Assembly: GCA_963822585.1 (NCBI GenBank)
Contig: CAWGIE010000019.1
Span: forward strand, 96,001-160,000
Source: an uncultured bacterium
Lineage (GTDB): Bacteria; Auribacterota; Erginobacteria; Erginobacterales; Erginobacteraceae
DNA: 64,000 nucleotides
Direction of reading: 5' to 3'
Positions 59,313 through 64,000 of the stretch are shown here, piece by piece. The stretch's first letter is position 1. Each line of letters begins with the position of its first letter. The notes under the pieces are model-generated. The model saw nothing but the letters and a program-made list of their open reading frames with translations. It was not told the origin of the DNA and did not search any database. Made by a program: the position numbers and the translations under genes.

Positions 59313-59693
59313 ATGATGCATGCGGAAGAATTAAAGAAGAGGACTAAAAAATTTGCTTTGCGAATATTAAAGCTGTCGACGGCGTTGCCCAACACGGCTG
59401 AAGGCCGCACGGTCAAAAATCAGCTTATTAGATCTGGCACCTCAGTTGGCGCAAATTATCGTTCTGCTTGCAAGGGGCGGTCAAAAGCTGAATTTATCGC
59501 CAAGTTAGGCATAGTGGAAGAGGAAGCGGACGAAAGCGCATTCTGGTTGGAGTTGATCATCGAGGGAGGTCTATTAAAGAAAGAAGCTGTCCAACCTTTA
59601 TTGCGTGAGGCCAATGAACTGACTGCAATCATCGCCGCGTCACGTAAAACCGCCGCGCGGAATGGTTCTCCTCGCAAAAATACTCGTACTTAG
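59313..59693 (+). CDS. Four-helix-bundle protein (23S rRNA IVP / TIGR02436-like)
   Basis: QLIRSGTSVGANYR, SKAEFIAKLGIVEEEADES and WLEL. Confidence 0.92.
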   Translation: MMHAEELKKRTKKFALRILKLSTALPNTAEGRTVKNQLIRSGTSVGANYRSACKGRSKAEFIAKLGIVEEEADESAFWLELIIEGGLLKKEAVQPLLREANELTAIIAASRKTAARNGSPRKNTRT

Positions 59694-59750
59694 TTATAAC
59701 AACGTTAGTCATAAAATTGCCAATCGGAAATCGGCAATTGGAAATCGGCA

Positions 59751-60383
59751 ATGATAAAAATTCTCATCGCTGACGACCACGCCCTCCTCCGCCGGGGCCT
59801 CAAACAGATCATCTCGGAGACCCGCGACATGGAGGTGACCGGGGCGGCGAGTACCGGCGCGGAAGTGATCGAAAAGGCATCGAAAAACGATTACGACATC
59901 ATCGTTCTCGACATCACCATGCCCGGCGTCAGCGGGCTGGAAATTCTGAAACAACTGAAGCATGACCATCCCCGCCTCCCGGTCCTTATTCTGAGCTTTC
60001 ATCCCGAGGAACAATATGCCGTGAGGGCGTTACGCGCCGGGGCGGCGGGTTATCTGACCAAGGAGAGCGCGGCGGACGAGCTGCTCGTCGCCCTCCGCGC
60101 CATCGCCCGGGGGAAGAAGTACGTCACCTCCTCCCTGGCGGATAAACTGGTCGAGGCCGTGGGGATAGAGATCGACAAACTTCCCCACGAGAGACTCTCC
60201 GACCGGGAGTTCCAGGTGTTGCGGCTGATCGCCGCGGGGAAAGGGATCACGGAGATCGCCGGAGAGCTCTTTTTAAGCCCCAAGACCGTCAGCACCTACC
60301 GCTCCCGCATCCTCCTGAAAACGGGGATGAAAAACAGCGCCGAGCTCACCCATTACGCCGTCACGCATGGATTGGTGGAGTAG
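59751..60383 (+). CDS. NarL/UvrY-family response regulator (REC + LuxR HTH)
   Basis: IADDH, LDITMPG, LSDREFQVL and LSPKTVSTYRSRI. Confidence 0.95.
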   Translation: MIKILIADDHALLRRGLKQIISETRDMEVTGAASTGAEVIEKASKNDYDIIVLDITMPGVSGLEILKQLKHDHPRLPVLILSFHPEEQYAVRALRAGAAGYLTKESAADELLVALRAIARGKKYVTSSLADKLVEAVGIEIDKLPHERLSDREFQVLRLIAAGKGITEIAGELFLSPKTVSTYRSRILLKTGMKNSAELTHYAVTHGLVE

Positions 60384-60523
60384 GGTATTTCCGATTGCCG
60401 ATTGCCGATTGCCGATTGCCATTTCCGATTTGGGCTTCGCAAGTTACAATCGGGGCTCGGGGAAAATCAGCAATTGGCAATAGGCAGTGTTATAATAATC
60501 CAATAGATGGAATATTTAACATC

Positions 60524-60739
60524 ATGAAAAACACCGGACATATTGTTTGGTATGCCGATCTGGACAAGCTGGATTTAAACGATCCGTGGCTGAAAAAATG
60601 GTGGGTCCAGCAGGTATTAATCCATGGAAGATTCGAGGATATAAACCGCCTGAATTTTAATGAGGTTAAAGAACTTCTGCCTTCTCTGCGAATCCCTGAA
60701 AAAATCAAATCCCTCTGGGAAGATTACTTTAACATCTAA
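60524..60739 (+). CDS. Small putative antitoxin partner of AbiEii (DUF6922-like)
   Basis: 71 aa with WYAD..LDL and QVLIHGRFED; ends 4 bp before the AbiEii gene. Confidence 0.65.
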   Translation: MKNTGHIVWYADLDKLDLNDPWLKKWWVQQVLIHGRFEDINRLNFNEVKELLPSLRIPEKIKSLWEDYFNI

Positions 60740-60743
60740 GAAT

Positions 60744-61433
60744 ATGAAAATATTAACCCCACTCCAGGAAGAGCTGCTCCGAATCTTTGCCGGGATAGAA
60801 GAATCAAATCTTTTTTACCTGACCGGCGGCACTGCTCTGGCAGCGGTCTATTTAAAACATAGATATTCGAGAGACCTTGATTTATTTACCAGCAAAGAAG
60901 AAATCCTAGGTTATGTGGGAGACCGCATCCTGAATAACCTCAAGTCAGGTCCGATCAAAGTTACGGCTACAAGAAAATTTAAAAGTTTTTACGAAATAAT
61001 GGTCAGAAAAAGAGAACAGGAATGCCCGATACATCTTGCGTTGGACAGTCCTTTCAGATTTGAAGAGCCTGAAGAAAAACTCTATGGGGTCAAAATAGAT
61101 TCTTTTATTGATATCGCCACCAATAAACTTTTAGCTCTTTTCGGACGGACCGAACCAAGGGACTTCGTTGATGTTTTTTTTCTGCTCAAGGAACATTTCC
61201 CACTGGAAGAACTCATAGAGAAGGCCAGTCAGAAGGACCCGGGACTCGATGGCTATTACCTGGCTATCGCTTTTCATCAAGCGGAGGAACTTCCCGATGA
61301 TTTGTCAAAATTGCCCGTAAAGATGGTCAAACCGCTTGACCTGGAAGAGATGAAGGAATATTTCATCAGGCAGGCTTTGCTTCTTATAGAAAAAGCAACA
61401 AAAACCGCATCCCAAAGGGATGCCATATCATAG
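60744..61433 (+). CDS. AbiEii/AbiGii-family nucleotidyltransferase toxin
   Basis: FYLTGGTALA, HRYSRDLDLF and NKLLALFGR..PRDFVD. Confidence 0.9.
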   Translation: MKILTPLQEELLRIFAGIEESNLFYLTGGTALAAVYLKHRYSRDLDLFTSKEEILGYVGDRILNNLKSGPIKVTATRKFKSFYEIMVRKREQECPIHLALDSPFRFEEPEEKLYGVKIDSFIDIATNKLLALFGRTEPRDFVDVFFLLKEHFPLEELIEKASQKDPGLDGYYLAIAFHQAEELPDDLSKLPVKMVKPLDLEEMKEYFIRQALLLIEKATKTASQRDAIS

Positions 61434-62116
61434 CCCGGCGAGAATCGCCGGGGTGTTTTTAATTGCCGATTTTCGATTGTGCCGCGATCGGAAATCGGCA
61501 ATTCCCTCTCCTATCCTGCCCCGCGATGAACAAAGTTCATTCAGCGGGGCTCCCCTCCCCTCATCTCCTGTAGGACAAATCCTTACAAAAAAATCAGTCT
61601 TTCGCTGATATACCATACATATGCGCCCTACTACCCTGTTAATGTGGGGCGCCATCGATATTATATTCTGGCAGCACCCTGAAGAAGATAGCCGACTGAA
61701 TGCACTGCCTCGGGGTTTCAATCATAAAATTTCCCGAAGGAAAATTTTAAAATGAAGATCTTTATCGCAGACGATTCCCAACTTCTCCGCGATCGATTAA
61801 AGAACACCCTCACCGAAGTAGAGGGGGTGGAAATCATCGGTGAAGCGGAAGACGCGCTGGAAGCGCGGCACCTGATCGAAAAGCTCGAACCGGACGCGGT
61901 GATCCTCGACATCCGAATGCCGGGCGGTAGCGGGATCGACGTGATCCACTCGATCAAGAAGCTCCACCCGAACACTGTCGTGATCATGCTCACCGGGTAT
62001 CCCTATCCGCAATATCAGAAACGGTGCCTGGAATCGGGCGCGGACTACTTTTTCGACAAGTCCCTCGGTTTGGATGACCTCATACTGTTGGTCAATACAT
62101 TGATCCATTCTGCGAA

Positions 62117-63319
<1,203 letters not shown>

Positions 63320-63337
63320 TCAAAAGGAGGAGCGACC

Positions 63338-63796
63338 ATGTGCCCGGAAAAGTTCGTCAAACCTATCGATATTCTTCTGGTTGAAGATAACCCCGGGGAC
63401 GCTGACCTGGCCCGGGAGACCCTGGAGAACAGCAAGGTATACAATAAACTTCACGTGGTCGACGACGGGGAGAAGGCAATGGCGTTCCTTCGCCGCGAGG
63501 GGAAGTTCGCGGACGCTCCGCGGCCCGACCTCGTGATTCTGGACCTCAATCTGCCCAAAAAAGACGGCCGGGAGGTCCTGGCCGAGATCAAGTCGGACCG
63601 GGATCTCAAACGGATCCCGGTGGTGATCCTGACCATCTCCAGCGATGAAGAGGACATTCTCAAAACCTATGATCTGCACGCGAACTGCTTCATCACAAAG
63701 CCGATCGACCTGAACCAGTTCATCAAGGTCGTGGAATCCATCGAGGATTTCTGGCTCACCATCGTCAAGCTTCCGCCCCGGGGAGACCAGAGATGA
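63338..63796 (+). CDS. Rcp1-like response regulator
   Basis: [19 protein letters not shown] and ESIEDFWL. Confidence 0.93.
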   Translation: MCPEKFVKPIDILLVEDNPGDADLARETLENSKVYNKLHVVDDGEKAMAFLRREGKFADAPRPDLVILDLNLPKKDGREVLAEIKSDRDLKRIPVVILTISSDEEDILKTYDLHANCFITKPIDLNQFIKVVESIEDFWLTIVKLPPRGDQR

Positions 63797-64000
63797 ACGA
63801 AACGGTGCGGACTCTTATCGTCGAAGACAACCCGGGCGACGTCGACTTGATCCGGGAGATGCTGACGGCGGGGGGCCCCGTGTCTTTCGAAATCGAGTCC
63901 GCACCCTGCCTCTCTGAGGCGCTCGCCCGGCTGGCAGGCGGGGGAATCGATGTTCTCTTGATAGACCTCGGGCTGCCCGACAGCCGGGGGCTGGAAACCT
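63793..64000 (+). CDS. Receiver-domain protein, partial, runs off the window edge
   Basis: [24 protein letters not shown]...[17 protein letters not shown]-coupled to the upstream gene. Confidence 0.85.
   Translation, partial: MNETVRTLIVEDNPGDVDLIREMLTAGGPVSFEIESAPCLSEALARLAGGGIDVLLIDLGLPDSRGLET

Noticed and set aside
59313..59693. DGR accessory (Avd) gene or 23S rRNA intervening sequence
   Set aside because: No reverse transcriptase, no adenine-specific TR/VR pair and no rRNA in the window.
60395..60523. Longer N-terminus for the small TA gene
   Set aside because: It is a translation of the CGATTGC array; ATG 60524 is the more plausible start.

Overview
A GC-rich bacterial chromosomal region from a diderm organism (TolC, CsgG-like proteins and lipoproteins are present); the lineage cannot be fixed from sequence alone. 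In order: an ECF sigma/anti-sigma pair; a minus-strand cluster of a Zn-ribbon/triple OB-fold membrane protein, a TctA-like permease, a membrane hydrolase and a 79-aa mini-TctA; a MalK-type ATPase; an MBL hydrolase; rpoN; a Grx-TrxR fusion; and a PAS kinase/receiver pair bracketed by two inverted structured repeats. Next is a 12-kb co-oriented locus combining two CsgG-like proteins, four secreted hypotheticals and a TolC/MFP/ABC/MacB exporter. Three large secreted modular proteins follow, all ending in an FG-GAP-like domain with PVTR* (one is split at a G8 tract). The right part holds an SLT, a hydrolase, an SSS transporter, a cyoABCD operon with divergent cyoE, an HTH-MNT gene with a truncated HEPN partner, tRNA-Thr(CGT) with tRNA-linked repeats, and a two-component cluster interrupted by a four-helix-bundle gene and an AbiEii-type TA pair. 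Intergenic DNA is rich in MITEs (23-bp TIR, 8-bp TSD), REP-like hairpins and inverted 7-9-mer arrays. No CRISPR array, rRNA, integrase or transposase was seen. All family assignments come from motif recognition by eye, not from database searches.
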